A stretch of 64,000 nt of DNA from Octopus vulgaris. Lineage: Eukaryota. Below the pieces are notes generated by a model that saw nothing but the letters and a program-made list of their open reading frames with translations, was not told the origin of the DNA and did no database searches. The stretch spans positions 92,132,001-92,196,000 of the forward strand of contig OX597819.1 of assembly GCA_951406725.2 (NCBI GenBank). Reading direction: 5' to 3'. The position numbers were made by a program, and so were the translations under genes. Of the stretch, positions 1 to 14,773 are shown one piece after another. The first letter of the stretch is position 1; each line of letters begins with the position of its first letter.

Positions 1-237
1 TAGAGTATATCGTTATTCATTTAATCTTTATTACGAAGGATACTGCAAAGTGACTGTAACGAAAATTTATAGCAAAATACTTGGTACCTAATAAAACATA
101 TTATTGTTTTTTGAAGCAATATTAATGTAAAAGAAGTAGCAACTGTATTTGTATTATTTTAGTTTTCTCACAACTTCACCATGGTGACAGAATCAAGGAT
201 ATATATTTTTATATATATCAAAAATTAGGAAATAGAG

Positions 238-356
<119 letters not shown>

Positions 357-358
357 GC

Positions 359-473
<115 letters not shown>

Positions 474-651
474 TGTAATGCACACACGCATATATTGTCC
501 GCATCTTAAGAATTTTATAAACTTTCGAGAGAACGTGAGATGATTTTCTTTTGCACTAATGGACGTCAAAAGGACACATAAAGCAATAAGTAGTATCGTG
601 TACATATTTGGCTGAAGCACACTTCTGGATAGGAAAAGCTGAAGGGTGTGC

Positions 652-652
<1 letters not shown>

Positions 653-743
<91 letters not shown>
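653..743. repeat. (TATC)n microsatellite
   Basis: Perfect TATC tetranucleotide run. Confidence 0.97.
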
Positions 744-788
744 AATTCACGAACACACGCACGCGCACACACACATATGAATATATAA

Positions 789-847
<59 letters not shown>

Positions 848-849
848 CA

Positions 850-1181
850 GGCGCATGGCTCAGTGGTTAGAGCGTCGAGCTTACGATCGTGAGGTTGTGA
901 GCTGGAATCCCGGACCGGGCTGCGTGTTGTGTTCTCGAGCAAGGCACTTTATTTCACGTTGCTCCAGTTCACTCAGCTGTAGAAATGAGTTGCGACGTCA
1001 CTGGTGCCAAGTTGTATCGACCTTTGTCTTTCCCTTGGATAACACTGGCGGCGTGGAGAGGGGAGGCTGGTATGCATGGGCGACTGCTGGCCTTCCATAA
1101 ACAACCTTGCCCGGACTTGTGTCTAGGAGGGTAACTTTCTAGGTGCAATCCCATGGTCATTCATGACCGAAGGGGGTCTTT
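850..1181 (+). mobile_element. tRNA-derived CORE-type SINE (family A, tail 1)
   Basis: A-box-like TGGCTCAGTGG and B-box-like GGAATCCC, then GTGTTCTCGAGCAAGGCACTTTATTTCACGTTGCTCCAGTTCACTCAGCTGTAGAAATGAG, which resembles the CORE domain. The same head recurs at 23025, 26288 and 31407. Confidence 0.85.
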
Positions 1182-1188
1182 ATATATA

Positions 1189-1595
1189 CAGGAGTGGCTG
1201 TGTGGTAAGTAGCTTGCTAACCAACCACATGGTTCCGGGTTCAGTCCCACTGCGTGGCATCTTGGGCAAGTGTCTTCTGCTATAGCCCCGGGCCGACCAA
1301 TGCCTTGTGAGTGGATTTAGTAGACGGAAACTGAAAGAAGCCTGTCGTATATATGTATATATATATATGTGTGTGTGTGTTTGTGTGTCTGTGTTTGTCC
1401 CCCTAGCATTGCTTGACAACCGATGCTGGTGTGTTTATGTCCCCGTCACTTAGCGGTTCGGCAAAAAGTGACCGATAGAATAAGTACTGGGTTTACAAAG
1501 AATAAGTCCCGGGGTCGATTTTCTCGACTAAAGGCGGTGCTCCAGCATGGCCGCAGTCAAATGACTGAAACAAGTAAAAAGAAAAAAGAAAAAAG

Positions 1596-1597
<2 letters not shown>
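1189..1597 (+). mobile_element. tRNA-derived SINE family B (internal microsatellite, tail ...TGACTGAAACAAGTAAAA)
   Basis: TGGCTGTGTGGTAAG A box and GGTTCAGTCCC B box; many homologous copies in this window on both strands. Confidence 0.9.
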
Positions 1598-1644
<47 letters not shown>

Positions 1645-1709
1645 GGTTAAGTAATTGAGATTCAAGTGAATATGGTCCTTAACTAGGATATCTATATGGT
1701 GTTAACCAT

Positions 1710-1741
<32 letters not shown>

Positions 1742-2640
1742 ATATAAATATATATGGATGATTACACATATACATATATGAAACAAATATATATACTTAC
1801 GAATACACACACACATATGTACTTATATGTATACACACACACACATATACACGTTTCGCATTATATTTATCACCAGAATATCACAATCATGACACAAGGT
1901 GCAGTTTCGTGCATATCACCTGTAAAACGTCGATGCTTATGCACGAAACCCTCGACTCTTGAGTTACTTTTGCAACTTTCTGTCAATTAAATATAATCCA
2001 AAAGTATATATAATAACGTACTGAGTTCTATTTCCCCTGTTTGTTCTCTCTCTCTCTTTCTCTCTCTCTCTATCTGTCTATCTATCTTACTCTATCTCAG
2101 ACACAGACACACGCACACACATACACACACACAACTATATATTTGTTTCCTTAACTAAGGCAGATTTTGCATAACATCTTGCCCTCGACAAAACAAGCCA
2201 TTTGAAGTATTGACATGATCCATCTGATTGACTTCGACCAAATTTCCCTTCAACCAGGTTTGCTTTCAAAACATTTGTGCCCCGAAGCTAGAATGAAGTG
2301 CATTTACCGAAGAAACTGTGCAATAGGGTCGAATGTGGAATCTCAAGGCTGAGTAACAATTTCTTTTGCATGATTCGTGCACATGAGCATTTAAATTCCT
2401 TACACACAATGGTGCTCATCTACGCATGAACAAAATCCGATGTATGTAGATTAGAACTTAATATTTTAATAGTGTCGACAACTTCCCTGCAACGTGAAGT
2501 AGGTCTGTTTTGTGGCCCGAACACAATTTGCATTGCACCACACAATAAATTAACACTAATAATATATTTCAAAAACCGTAAAATTAAGACCCTTTTCATG
2601 AATAATGCTGTCAGGTCTATAAGCATATGAATAAGCTATT

Positions 2641-3047
2641 ACTCTCTTTTACTTGTTTCGGTCATTTGACTGCGGCCATGCTGGAGCACCGCTTTTAGTC
2701 GAGCAAATCGACCCCAGGACTTATTATTTGTAAGCCTAGTACTTATTCTATCGGTCTCTTTTTGCCGAACCGCTAAGTGACGGGGACGTAAACACACTAC
2801 CATCAATTGTCAAGCGATGATGGGGGGTACAAACACAGACACACAAACATATACACGCATACATACACATATATACATATATATGACAGGCTTCTTTCAC
2901 TGTCTGTTTACCAGATCCACTCACATGGCTTTGGTCGGCCTGAGGTTATAGTAGAAGACACTTGCCCAATGTGCCACGCAGTGAGAATGAACCCAGAACC
3001 ATGTGGTTGGTAAGCAAGCTACTTACCACACATCCACTCCTGCGCCT
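2641..3047 (-). mobile_element. SINE family B copy
   Basis: Reverse complement aligns end to end with 1189-1597. Confidence 0.9.
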
Positions 3048-3059
3048 CTATTGGTAACT

Positions 3060-3600
3060 AATAGGATTTATAAATCCGATGGTAAGCATGTAAGTCTTAA
3101 ATATAACTCCAAATGTTATATTAGTTGTGCAAGCACTACGCTCTACTCTCAGCTTATCATACATTTACAAGATGTAACAATTGCTAAGCATTTCACCACA
3201 TCATACAAAACGAAACCAGATAGGAAAATAGCAAACAACACCACGTAATTCCATACAAAAATACTATTAATGGGGAGTGGAAGTAACACTCGTAGGATTG
3301 TGCAATGCTAGAATATACATAGATATAAGTTGCATTAGATCCAAGCGAAAATAAACACTCAGCTGATGACGTGTAAATCCAAAGGCCAACGATAAAAATT
3401 CTTGTAGGAAAATCTACACTAATCCCATCGGTCTTGCTTACAATAGAAAGGCAACAATAAACATGGTTTTTGTCCTGACGATAAGACTATGAAGGGCTAG
3501 AAACGTTGATAAAACATTTGGAAGCTTCACTGTTCCATACAAACTTCAAGGAAATCTCATGATAATATGAAAATAAAAAAAAAATCTTTGATAAGGATAA
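3060..3600 (+). mobile_element. Penelope-like element remnant (degenerate GIY-YIG endonuclease plus 3' region)
   Basis: Translation IYK...CYISCASTTLYSQLIIHLQDVTIAKHFTTSYKTKPDR...INTQ matches the YIG.T.TTL..RL..HLQ..I..H pattern of PLE GIY-YIG domains; followed by a hammerhead-like motif. Confidence 0.55.
3468..3514 (+). ncRNA. Hammerhead ribozyme-like fold (type I, minimal stem III)
   Basis: TTTTGTC-CTGACGA-(weak stem II)-GAAAC-GTT-GATAAAA; stem I pairs TTTTGTC with GATAAAA. Confidence 0.55.
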
Positions 3601-4576
3601 AACATTAGCCAAATCGTGTTTGCAATACAACGCACACACACAAACACACAAACACACGCACACACACACACACACACACACACGCATGCAAACACGAACT
3701 TTCACATACTCTTTCACACACACACACTCCCACATGTGTATGTGTGTTGATGAGATAGTGATGCTGTTTTTCTTTTCTTTACTAGACATACAGGCTTTGT
3801 AATTTAGGTAAAAACAGAACGGAAATATGTTATGGTGATGGTTTTCCTAAATGTACAATCAGTAAAACTGAAGTGACTCGAACAGGAAATCTAAAATGCG
3901 TCGAGGAATCGATTTGTCAGGCTCTTATCGTTCACTATACCAGCCTTGCCAAGCTTTTATACATATGCAGATACATGTACAGAAGTATGTTTAATGTTTA
4001 CATATATGTATAATCATAACGCAGTCACACGCAGTGAACAAAATACAACAAGATATGAAATTATTAATATAATACATTATAGATATAAAGGAAATATGTC
4101 AACATTGTTTTACATTTGATTACCCTCTAAGTGAAAATAACTTCTCTTACTTACAAACCAATATTTTATTCTTTCCTACCCGCTTCTCGCGTGATAGTCT
4201 TCAATTTCGAATCTGCTTGTCATGTTTTGAATTATTTCGGCTCTACAATAGCAAGTTCAATTATTTTTTCTAGGCCTTTTTAAAGAAAGGGACTGAGTGT
4301 TTAGTGAATCAATCTTCACTACAAAGGCACTTTACTATAAAAACCTTCACTGCTATTCTTGAATATTAGGAAATCTTTGCTGAAGCTATGAGAAATATAA
4401 TTCTAGAACGAGGGCTTTATGATTGTGTGGCTAAGAAATTCAGTTCACAGCTACATGGCCCCGGGTTCGGTATCTTCAGCAAAGGTGATCAATGACTTGT
4501 GCGTGAAGTGTAAGTATAAAATCCACGAAATCCCTCATACATACATACATACATACATACATACATACATACATAC

Positions 4577-5130
4577 TGTCCTGGAATAAATATCGATAAT
4601 CCCTCTGTTATTGAATATATACACAAATACCATCACAAGGAATGCTAGTGGAACATTCCCATCGAAACATCTGTCAAGTGTAAACATAACAGACCGGATA
4701 TTTTTGTTCGGGATAGACAGGAAACAGTATGTACCGTCATTCAGCCGTCATTCAGCTGTCCTGCTGATATTAATATCTCTCTGAAAATCAAAGAGAAAGG
4801 AGTTAACTCTGGATAACTTCTTCGAAACCTCCAGCTTCTATATCCGGATTACACATTTACATTTATACCAATAACAATTGGAGCACTTGGTTTAATAAGT
4901 AAATGCCTAATTGTCAGTCAGGATAAGCTTGGATTTTCAGAAAAAGAAATCAACCACCTCATTCGCACATTACAAATACAACTTGTAAGCGGAACAGTAA
5001 AACTATGCAAGACTTTTATCAGGTTTAAAATGTGTCATTATTTTCGTACTCTCCATTCCAATCTTTGTTATTAAACCAGCTCATTCTTCAGGGGAAGAAT
5101 TTAAATGATTAAATACAGAGGAGACGTACA
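4577..5130 (+). mobile_element. 3' fragment of an R4/Dong-type non-LTR retrotransposon (restriction-like endonuclease domain)
   Basis: From 4649: WNIPIETSVKCKHNRPDIFVRDRQETVCTVI...FSCPADINISLKIKEK...FIPITIGALG...GTVKLCKTF, with one in-frame stop. HNRPDI and PIxIGALG are RLE motifs. Confidence 0.75.
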
Positions 5131-5798
5131 TAAAAACGTACAAACATACGTGTGTGTAATGGTTTCGCTTAGTCATAGCGATACTAATACCTAATTGTTA
5201 CAATCCATTATGTGTTGAGCAAAGCGTGATGGAAATACAAAGCACAATATCAATTTATGAATGACAAAAGGGCAAGAGTTACGTAGTCACCTTCACTATC
5301 TTACAGCTGTTTCTGATGTAAGAAGCACTGTACTCAGAAATGAGCTTGTGCAGTGTCCTACACCGTCCTTTGAACCATTAAAATGTATAATGCATATAAG
5401 TGCTTATTAAGATACATGTAGTAAATGCGTATATTTTATTTTCATGTGTTTCAACCTAAAAGCTGTGGCCATACTAAGGCACCACCAACTAACATATATT
5501 TGTATTTGAGTTGTGTTTGTGAGTGAAGAAACGAGTGGAAGTAGCGCACAAAATATATAGCTGGGGTTGTATTTATTGAGTAACAGGCTGACCTAGCTCC
5601 TCATGTAAGCTAAAATTTCGTAGACGTGATAAAACACAAAACCAGCTCTTCGGACATTCGGAAACATATATAAAACCATCAAATGAAGGCTACTAACCAG
5701 AAACTTCGAATTAACTTTCAACATTTCCTTTGTAAAAAATGAAGTAAACATACTCTATTAAGAGGTATTGTGTATCTCTTCAATTTAACTCTTCACTT

Positions 5799-5923
<125 letters not shown>

Positions 5924-5980
5924 TATATATGTATATAACTAAGCATAAAGGTGAGCATTGATATGCATACATGCGTGCAA

Positions 5981-6152
5981 AGGCGTAGTCGTGGCTGTGT
6001 GGTAAGAAGCTTGCTTCCCAACCACGTGGTTCCGGCTTCAGTCCCACGGCGTAGTACCTTGGGCACTTGTTTTCCACTCTAGCCTTGAGCCGACCAATGC
6101 CTTATGAGCGGATTTGGTTAACAGAAACTCAAAGAAGCCTGTCGTATGTATG

Positions 6153-6232
<80 letters not shown>

Positions 6233-6462
6233 CGTGTGTGTGTCTGTGTGTGTGTGTGTATGCATGTGTGTGTTTGTGTCAGTGATTTTCCCCCACCACC
6301 GCATGACAGCCGGTTCGGCAAAATAAATTGATAGAATAAGTACCAGGCTAATAAAAAAAAAACAACAAGTACTGGAGTAGATACATTTGATTACAAATCC
6401 TTCAAGGCGATATCCTAGCATGGCCGAAGTCTAATGACTGAAACAAGCAGATGATAAAAGAA
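5981..6462 (+). mobile_element. SINE family B copy (diverged)
   Basis: Head, internal AT/GT tract and tail homologous to 1189-1597. Confidence 0.85.
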
Positions 6463-6974
6463 AAAAAATTCTCAGAAATGAAGTTAACAACTGATTGATT
6501 GGGAACCTACAACCGATGAAACAATTGTTGACAACATATGATAGAATTAAGATATATAAATAAAATCTCTCTGAATCCCAACCTGCAGCCAGAGGAAAGA
6601 AAGTAAGGATACGTTGACGTATGTAATTTTAGGTACATTAGAGCAAGACAGGGAGCGTTGTGGTAAGAAATAGGTTTGGTTGAAAATAGGTTTGCCCTAA
6701 GCATAGTAAGAGCTAATATACTTTCCTTTTTGAACCTTAAAATTAACATAACTTTCCCATTACACTTGACAAGGTCATTTAGGATCGATGTGCTAAAGAT
6801 AGCAGGTATATATCCTCTAAATCATATCCTAACATCTTATGAAAAGGAAGGAATCATGAGATATTGTAATTCGAAAAAACTCTAAAACGACGACAGGTTT
6901 CTTATGGCTGTAATGGTTTGGTTATATGTCACGTGGATAAGTACTTACTTGCAGTTAAAAATCATCATCATTAT

Positions 6975-7070
6975 CAGCAAGAAGAAGAAGAAGAAGAAGA
7001 AGAAGAAGAAGAAGAAGAACAACAACAACAACAACAACAAAAACAACAACAGCAGCAGCAGCAGCAGCAT
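6975..7070. repeat. Compound (GAA)n(CAA)n(CAG)n trinucleotide repeat
   Basis: Direct reading. Confidence 0.95.
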
Positions 7071-8566
7071 AATCCTTCATTGAAGTGCCTCTATGTACTC
7101 GCTCGACCCAGAAGAATAAGTGCTAACTTTCCATGTTATGTTACCATACTGTTTTCAGAAGGAAAAGTACACAATGCATAAAGGTCTGAAAAGCAAATAA
7201 TTTTCTTGTTTACATTCTTTTTCACTTGGGAGAAAGGCTTTGTGATGTGTTTGGCGTTATTTCATTGGCCTTAGCCGTGAAAAGGAATAACTTTCAGTAG
7301 GGAATTTAAATACACGCTAACAGTTCAGCCCATAAAGACGTTTTGCTATTCGGCGTTCGCTAACATGATCTCAATAATCTAATATCACTATCATGCTGAT
7401 ATGAAATATACCATGACTACAGGTTCACGAAAACTATTTTTTTCATAACTCTAATGCAATATTTATTATTCTCCTCCTTATCGGGCATGAAGCATTAAGA
7501 ACTCACCCGTATTCTCTGATGCTCAACTACGTTCAAGAGAAATAAAATATATTGTTTTGACATTTTGATAAAACGTTTCAGATTGCTAATTGGAATGTAA
7601 TTTATTGGTATGATTATTAGCGCATATTCAACGGTCATATTACTTACAAAAAAAAAAATGAGATTAAGAGTTGTTAAGTATTTAACACTTACATTTAGTT
7701 TATGATGGAGCTGGATACTGAAAGACTGCGTTGTGTTAACTTATCGTCTAAAAGTTTGCACTTTGATAATATATCAAGTATTAAATCAAGGTCTTTAGGA
7801 AACGGGTGTGTTACTGATTACTGCATCGTGTGTTAGTTTGTTCAGACGGTGCAATAGTTATTTTATTGTATCATTGTTATATTTGCCTTGTTTAATGTTT
7901 TGGTTTCGAGGAAGCAGCTGCGCATCTGGACTTCACAGTTCTTCTTAGACTGATGTGATTGATAGTATTAGTGCTTCTTTTTTAAACAACTGCAACCTAA
8001 GGACAGCATGAAATACATGGATAACGAGGATATTCCTCAGAAGGGTTTCAAGGAAAGTAGGAGTGGAAATAAATGCTGATGTGGCTTGGTACCGAGTGAC
8101 ATTACTATGTGGGTAGGGAGAAGGAGAGAGTCCAGAGGATTTGGGAAAAGGTGGTATAGAACGAGGTAGTATGTACCGTCCGGGGCAGTCTTTGAGTTTT
8201 TACTTCACCCGGATTCTAAAGCCTATGCAGATTATATAGTAGACCCAAGGGAATCACTCACATAAAAGCTTCGCCCGAGGCGGACTGCATCCCTCGAATC
8301 CACTGGCTATGCTGCTGGCTCTGAGTAGCAGAGTATACTGTAGTAATTATAGAGAATGTAGTATAAGGACACGGAACGTCCGTGGGTCTGAGGTTGAAGT
8401 GCATTGGAAAGTCATCTTACGAAAATTTTAATTACAAAGCTTCAAACAGAATTAACCGCATTCATCCGGCGATCCATCAAAACATTCATTTATTACTTCA
8501 TCTGACAGTCCAACTCTCCATTTAGTTATCACTCTCGCTCCCTTTCCATCACACACACTCTTCCAC

Positions 8567-8619
<53 letters not shown>

Positions 8620-8836
8620 GATACATAGATATCTACGCACACACGTACATAGCCATATTTATGCACACACACGCACACACACACACACACACACACATAC
8701 ACTACACATATACATAATGATTCCAACCTACTATCTAGATTTCTTTGCAACAGTAATGGGCATAGAGAACTTAATTTTCCAAATTCTACTAGACAAATGT
8801 AATGTCTGTCTGTCTGTTTGTCTGTCTTTCTGTCCG

Positions 8837-8921
<85 letters not shown>

Positions 8922-9242
8922 ACATACATACATACATACATACATACATACATACATACCTACATATATATGTATGATGCACGCATGCATGCACAGACAG
9001 ACATACACACGCATATATAAATAACGAAGAGCATGTGCTTTTCTGTTTGGTTTATGAAGTAGAATCACATACACTTATTAAAATAGAAAAATAATGAAAG
9101 ATTGGGAAACACCTACGTATTTGATTAAAAATTAGGGTTGTACATTTCACACATGGATTACTAAAACAGATTTTCCCAATAGTAGTTTTATCCAATATAG
9201 AATGAATGAAAGAGCGAGAAATAAAAAAAGAAAGGAATAGAG

Positions 9243-9322
<80 letters not shown>

Positions 9323-9849
9323 AAGAATTGTTTAGTAAGCTTTCCATATTAAAATAATGGGAAAAGTGTCCTTGAAGTATACAGATATATTTAGACATAT
9401 GCGTATATGAACACGGAAAAAAGCACACATATATACACAAAATACGGTCAAACATAAGCTAACAGATACATGTGTTACGAGGTGATTTTAAGCCAGTATA
9501 TTTCGACTGTTTCTGCAGTACTAGGATGACAGGGCTGGGTGTACTGCTTCAGTACATACACGTACATACACAGAGGCATAATGCAAAATGTACCATCATA
9601 AGACAAAGCACAACACAATAATAAAGTATAACAAATATGGTAGTATGTTAACGCTTGGGAATTTGAAATAGGGATTGGCTTTCAGAAAGATAAAGAGAAG
9701 CGGAGAGTGTAATGAAAATAAAAGCAGAATTAAAATTGCAGAAAAATGTAAGAAGTAATGTAAAATTATAAATTAAGGGTAGGGACGCGTGGGTGGGGAG
9801 GAGAACGTGAAGAGTTGAAAACCTGAAGGATTTACACTCTATGTTGAGA

Positions 9850-10430
9850 GACAAGATTATGTTAGGAGCAGGTGTTTGGAAATTGACTTAAAAAGATATG
9901 GTGCAGGTGTGTATTTTGTTGGGTATATGAACGGGTCGAGATATGTATAAATTTGATGTCGACAATGATTTGAATGTGTATACTTTATGCTGCGTGAACC
10001 AGTGTGTAATTAAAGTTGTTGAGGAATTGCTGTAAAATGGTGTGCTTTGGAATTTTTTCTCTAGTGAAGGACTATGAAACAAGGTGTTAAAGTGTTAAAA
10101 ATTCAAAGTAAAAAAGAGATGTTAAAAACAGATGGTAAAAAAAATTGAAGATGAAAATATAATTCCGAGTGAGCATTAAAAGTCCCAAAAGATGAAGTCT
10201 GAGAATTGGGTTGGTAGTCCAAAAAAAAAAACAACAACCAAAAACAAACAAACAAATAAATAAATAAAATAAAATAAAATAAAATAAATAAATAAAATAA
10301 AATCTGCAAGAAAGTTTTGAGTAAACGCGTAGGAAAATAGGTTTATAAGTGCTACTGGACCGATGGAAAATGGCCGACAGGAAATGTAGAATAGAGGGGT
10401 AGTCTTTCTTGAAAGAAAAGGTGAAACAAT
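9850..10430 (-). pseudogene. Highly degenerate LINE APE-endonuclease fragment
   Basis: Minus strand has TTTTGGGACTTTTAATGCTCACTCG (frameshifted GDFNAHS motif); the rest is heavily decayed. Confidence 0.35.
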
Positions 10431-10458
10431 TGCAGAACAGATAAATAATATATGTGCT

Positions 10459-10500
<42 letters not shown>

Positions 10501-10782
10501 ACATAGATTCCTTTATGAATGTTTTTTTCTACATTTAAGTCAACTCTTCCAAACTAAATCAGAAACTGGTATATTACTCTAATTATAATTACGTGAAACA
10601 CCTTTTGCTTACTAATGTAGCGTTATTCCAATATTTAAAATGTGCCTTCTACCATGTGGGATTTCGAAAGATACATACACACACAGACACAGACACACAC
10701 AGACACACACACACACACAAACACACACACACGGACATATACACACATACACACACACGAACATACACATACACGCACACGA

Positions 10783-10817
<35 letters not shown>

Positions 10818-11812
10818 CACACACACACACATACATACACACCCAGACACATGTATATATAAAACAGCCATTCTTTTGGGAATGTTTTGCTGAAAACATG
10901 GCTGTTTTACATCAATTTTATGAATACTGTTTTCCCTTTTCTAATGTTCGTTTGGAAAAACAAAATTGCCGAATTCCTCTATACCAAGTGTTTTAGGATT
11001 CATCTTCAAGAATGTTTAGTGGTGTTAAAGCAATAAGCATACATACACAAAGGTGACGACTTTGTCTCTTCATAACTTTCAGATAAATTGATATTTTTAA
11101 TGAAATTTTCTACAAATATGTTTCAGATGTAAGTTCCGATTATATATGAATTTGTTGTAAAAACAAAATATTTATGGCAGAATGAGGAGAGGAATTTCAG
11201 AAAATTCACGCGAGTTGGCTTGGGTGCCTCAAAACTTTCTAAAAAAGAGACATTTTTCAACGATAATTTCGACAAATACATTTTAGGGTGTGGAGATTAC
11301 GTTATATCAGAATTTAATATGAAGACAAAAAAAAAAAAAAAAATGGTGAACAGTCGCACACACTTGTACTGACACATATTACATTTTGTTTCGCAAAATT
11401 TATTTCAATACACATTCTGAAATAATCGGAATCAACACCATCTAAAGCATAGTTTTAGAAAATTTCAGTAACAAATACCCATTTTCTGAAATGTATGAGG
11501 AAACAAAAGTCGGTGGTATACATAAGTGTATGCATAGTGCTTGTAACTCTGGCCGGTCATTGTATATCATTGCGCCTGTGTTACTGGAAACCCATATTAA
11601 ACGTATCATTTTAAGTGTATATCTATCTATATATAATTTAGAGACAAACTGCGATTTAGTTATTCAATCAATATTGAAACGATATTATCTAGAATAACCA
11701 CATAGAAATTAATTAAATATATTATAATAATTATTATAAAAATCTCAAATTATGACTAAATTTCATGACTAAATATAGAAATCGATAATATTAAAAGTTA
11801 ATATTAATTCAA

Positions 11813-11862
<50 letters not shown>

Positions 11863-11939
11863 CTAATACATACATATATATACATACATATGCACATACA
11901 TACATATTACATATATACATGTATCATAAGTCACACCAA

Positions 11940-12660
11940 GAGCCTACTGTTGTAACTGTCGAGACCCAGATGCTCGCTCACTTGATCAGGCGTGTATGAT
12001 AAACTTAGTCGTTTATGAAGCCGAAGAGTCAGCACTGCTCAAAATAAGCAATCAAAAAGAAAAATCATGTAGTTTTATGTGAAGGCAATTTTAAAAGACG
12101 ATATACAAACCACCAGCTATGTATGGGATCTAAAGACCAGCTGCGTACTTCATACAATAAGTGGAGCACCGTGGAGAAATCTACGTGGTATGTAGATAGA
12201 TAAAAAGAAATGCAAGCTATGTGTAGCTGACAAGTCACTTATTCTTTTTAGATGGAATTCTACAACACTACTCAAATGCAGATCCGAAACTTTTAGCAAA
12301 TGCAAGCACATGGACACATACTTTTGGTCGAAGTAGACAACACTCTCTCCAGATTCAGCAGTTGTCACACAGACTTTAACCTCCCCACTGTTGAATTATT
12401 CAAATCCAGCTGGATTAATTATGATTTCGACGGACAAATGGAAGACCAGTTTTGGTTTTCTTTTCTTTTCCCGTTCCGTTTATATTCACCTTACTCTTTC
12501 TCGTTCCACTTGTTGCATCAAACCTCTTTTCTTTTCTGTTTTCTTGTGTTTTCTCGTAGACAAGGAGTCCTATTTTACAAATAAAACCAGCCATGTGTAC
12601 TGAGGCTGAAAGATTGCTTGAAACACGGCATGTTATACAACTCCGCCGAATTATTGTGTT
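11940..12660 (+). mobile_element. Penelope-like (Neptune-type) element 3' remnant
   Basis: Broken frames give EGNFKRRYTNH, YVWDLK, KKCKLCVADKSLIL and LLKCRSETFSKCKH, matching the C-terminal GIY-YIG/Cys region of PLEs. A degenerate CTGAGG...GAAAC...GTT motif follows at about 12596-12640. Confidence 0.65.
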
Positions 12661-12775
12661 TATGTACATATGTGTGTATGTGTGTGTGTGTGCTTCTGTG
12701 TCCTTGTTTGTGTGTTTGTGTGTGTATTCATATATATTTATATATACATATTTGTATAAATATATCTATTATATA

Positions 12776-12817
<42 letters not shown>

Positions 12818-12875
12818 TGTATGTATGCATAAATTTATATATGCATTTATTCATAAATAAATATTATACTGTTTA

Positions 12876-12926
<51 letters not shown>

Positions 12927-13792
12927 TAGTCTATTCATTTCTCTCTATCTGTCTATATTTATAAGTTTCCCTTCCTCTTTCATATATTCAAGTCACTCTT
13001 TCCCTATCTAAACATTTATTTTTGTGGTGTTGCTCTCATGCAAGAGGTTTTTCATGAAACTCTATGCTTAGCTTTATAATTAGATTCATCTATCTTTTTC
13101 TCTCCTTCAAGCAACTATTTTTCTTTCTCCATAGCATTTTGTTTCTCTCTCTCTAACACTGTCTGGATGTCTCTCTTCCCCCCTCTTTCTAATCGCTTGT
13201 TCTCTGTCTCTCAAAATTATTACTTCAGCTTAGTAGATCAGATGGACCTCCGCTTTTGCCTTCCGGGTGTGTGAATACTGGTACCATTCAACTTTCTCGC
13301 ATCATCTCGAATCTGTTAAGCTGGCAACACTGTCTTTCTTATAGGCGGTCATTGGGTTCTCAGTATTTCAACGTGAGTAAATTTGAAGATGCAGTTTATC
13401 GCCCGTCTATCATTCGAGATTGAAAAATACTGACTGAATAAATCTGCCTGCGGCAACCATAATTTCATTCTTCAAGCTGAATGTGGGTCAATATTTCGAG
13501 CGAAAGTTTCGTAATACAAAACAATGTAGCAACGGCAACAACAATAACAGCAATACCGACAACGAAGACGACAACTACGTTGATATGAAATAATAAAAAT
13601 GATAATAGTGAGGAATATATTCCTCGCAGTTATAAAACACTTTAGAGGTTTGTTTTTAATGCAAATATATTTGGTAAGTGATTAACGACAAACTTGACAC
13701 CTTTGTTCGATGTTAAATTTCTTCGACATATTCTATTAAAAATATAAACATACACATACATATATAGATACATTCATACTCACGTAGGTATG

Positions 13793-13890
<98 letters not shown>

Positions 13891-13906
13891 TATTATCTAT
13901 ATACAT

Positions 13907-13940
<34 letters not shown>

Positions 13941-14094
13941 TATTAAATATGTAGGAACTAAATAATAAAATCCAAAATAATCGTGGTAAAAGCAGTTAGC
14001 CTGAAGCATAGGTACATAGAAACATGTATAGCACGTGTTCATGTACTCCATCTCTACTCCCAATGATATATGTCCATATGTGTATGTATGTATG

Positions 14095-14128
<34 letters not shown>

Positions 14129-14687
14129 TGTATGTATGTATGTATGTATGTATGTGTGTGTTGGTGCGTGTGTGTGTATGTACGTATATATGAATGTGTG
14201 TGTGTGTGCATGTCTGTGCATGTGTGCGCTTGTTAGAGATTTCGCTTGGGGCATTATAGAAAGTACACAAGGTATTGATCGATTCAATTAAACATATATA
14301 AAGTTGTTTTACAATATTATGGATGGCATTTAATACCCTAAAACATAGACGGCATCATTGTCAACAAAATCTGCTATTTGCAAAGCAGCCAAAATTATAT
14401 ATGTTGTCGTTCGACCTAAGGTTCGATCCGATTGAGCGGACCAAAGATCACATATACGTGTTCTGACCGTCCGAAATTTCAGAGGAAACATATCGGAGAC
14501 TAGATTATGGATTGAGAGCGACTTTGTTATTTCTAGCATGTGAAGGCTCCCAAGCTGACATGTTATATTCAATGAGCATCAGAAACATAACGACTTAAAT
14601 GTAGTTAAAAGTAAAACCTGATATACATACATACATACATGCATACATACATACATACATACATACATACATACATACATACATACA

Positions 14688-14718
<31 letters not shown>

Positions 14719-14773
14719 TTATATATATATCTAAATATATATATCTAAATATATATATATATATATATATACA

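Noticed and set aside
850-925. SINE heads (also 26288, 31065, 60812) as tRNA genes
   Set aside because: No complete cloverleaf, and they continue into SINE bodies.
5297-5375. Minus-strand GAAAC-AGCT-GTA with a long hairpin
   Set aside because: The CUGANGA half and stem I are not recognisable; at best a dead HHR.
6918-7181. Poly-E/poly-Q ORF
   Set aside because: Trinucleotide microsatellite without exon evidence.
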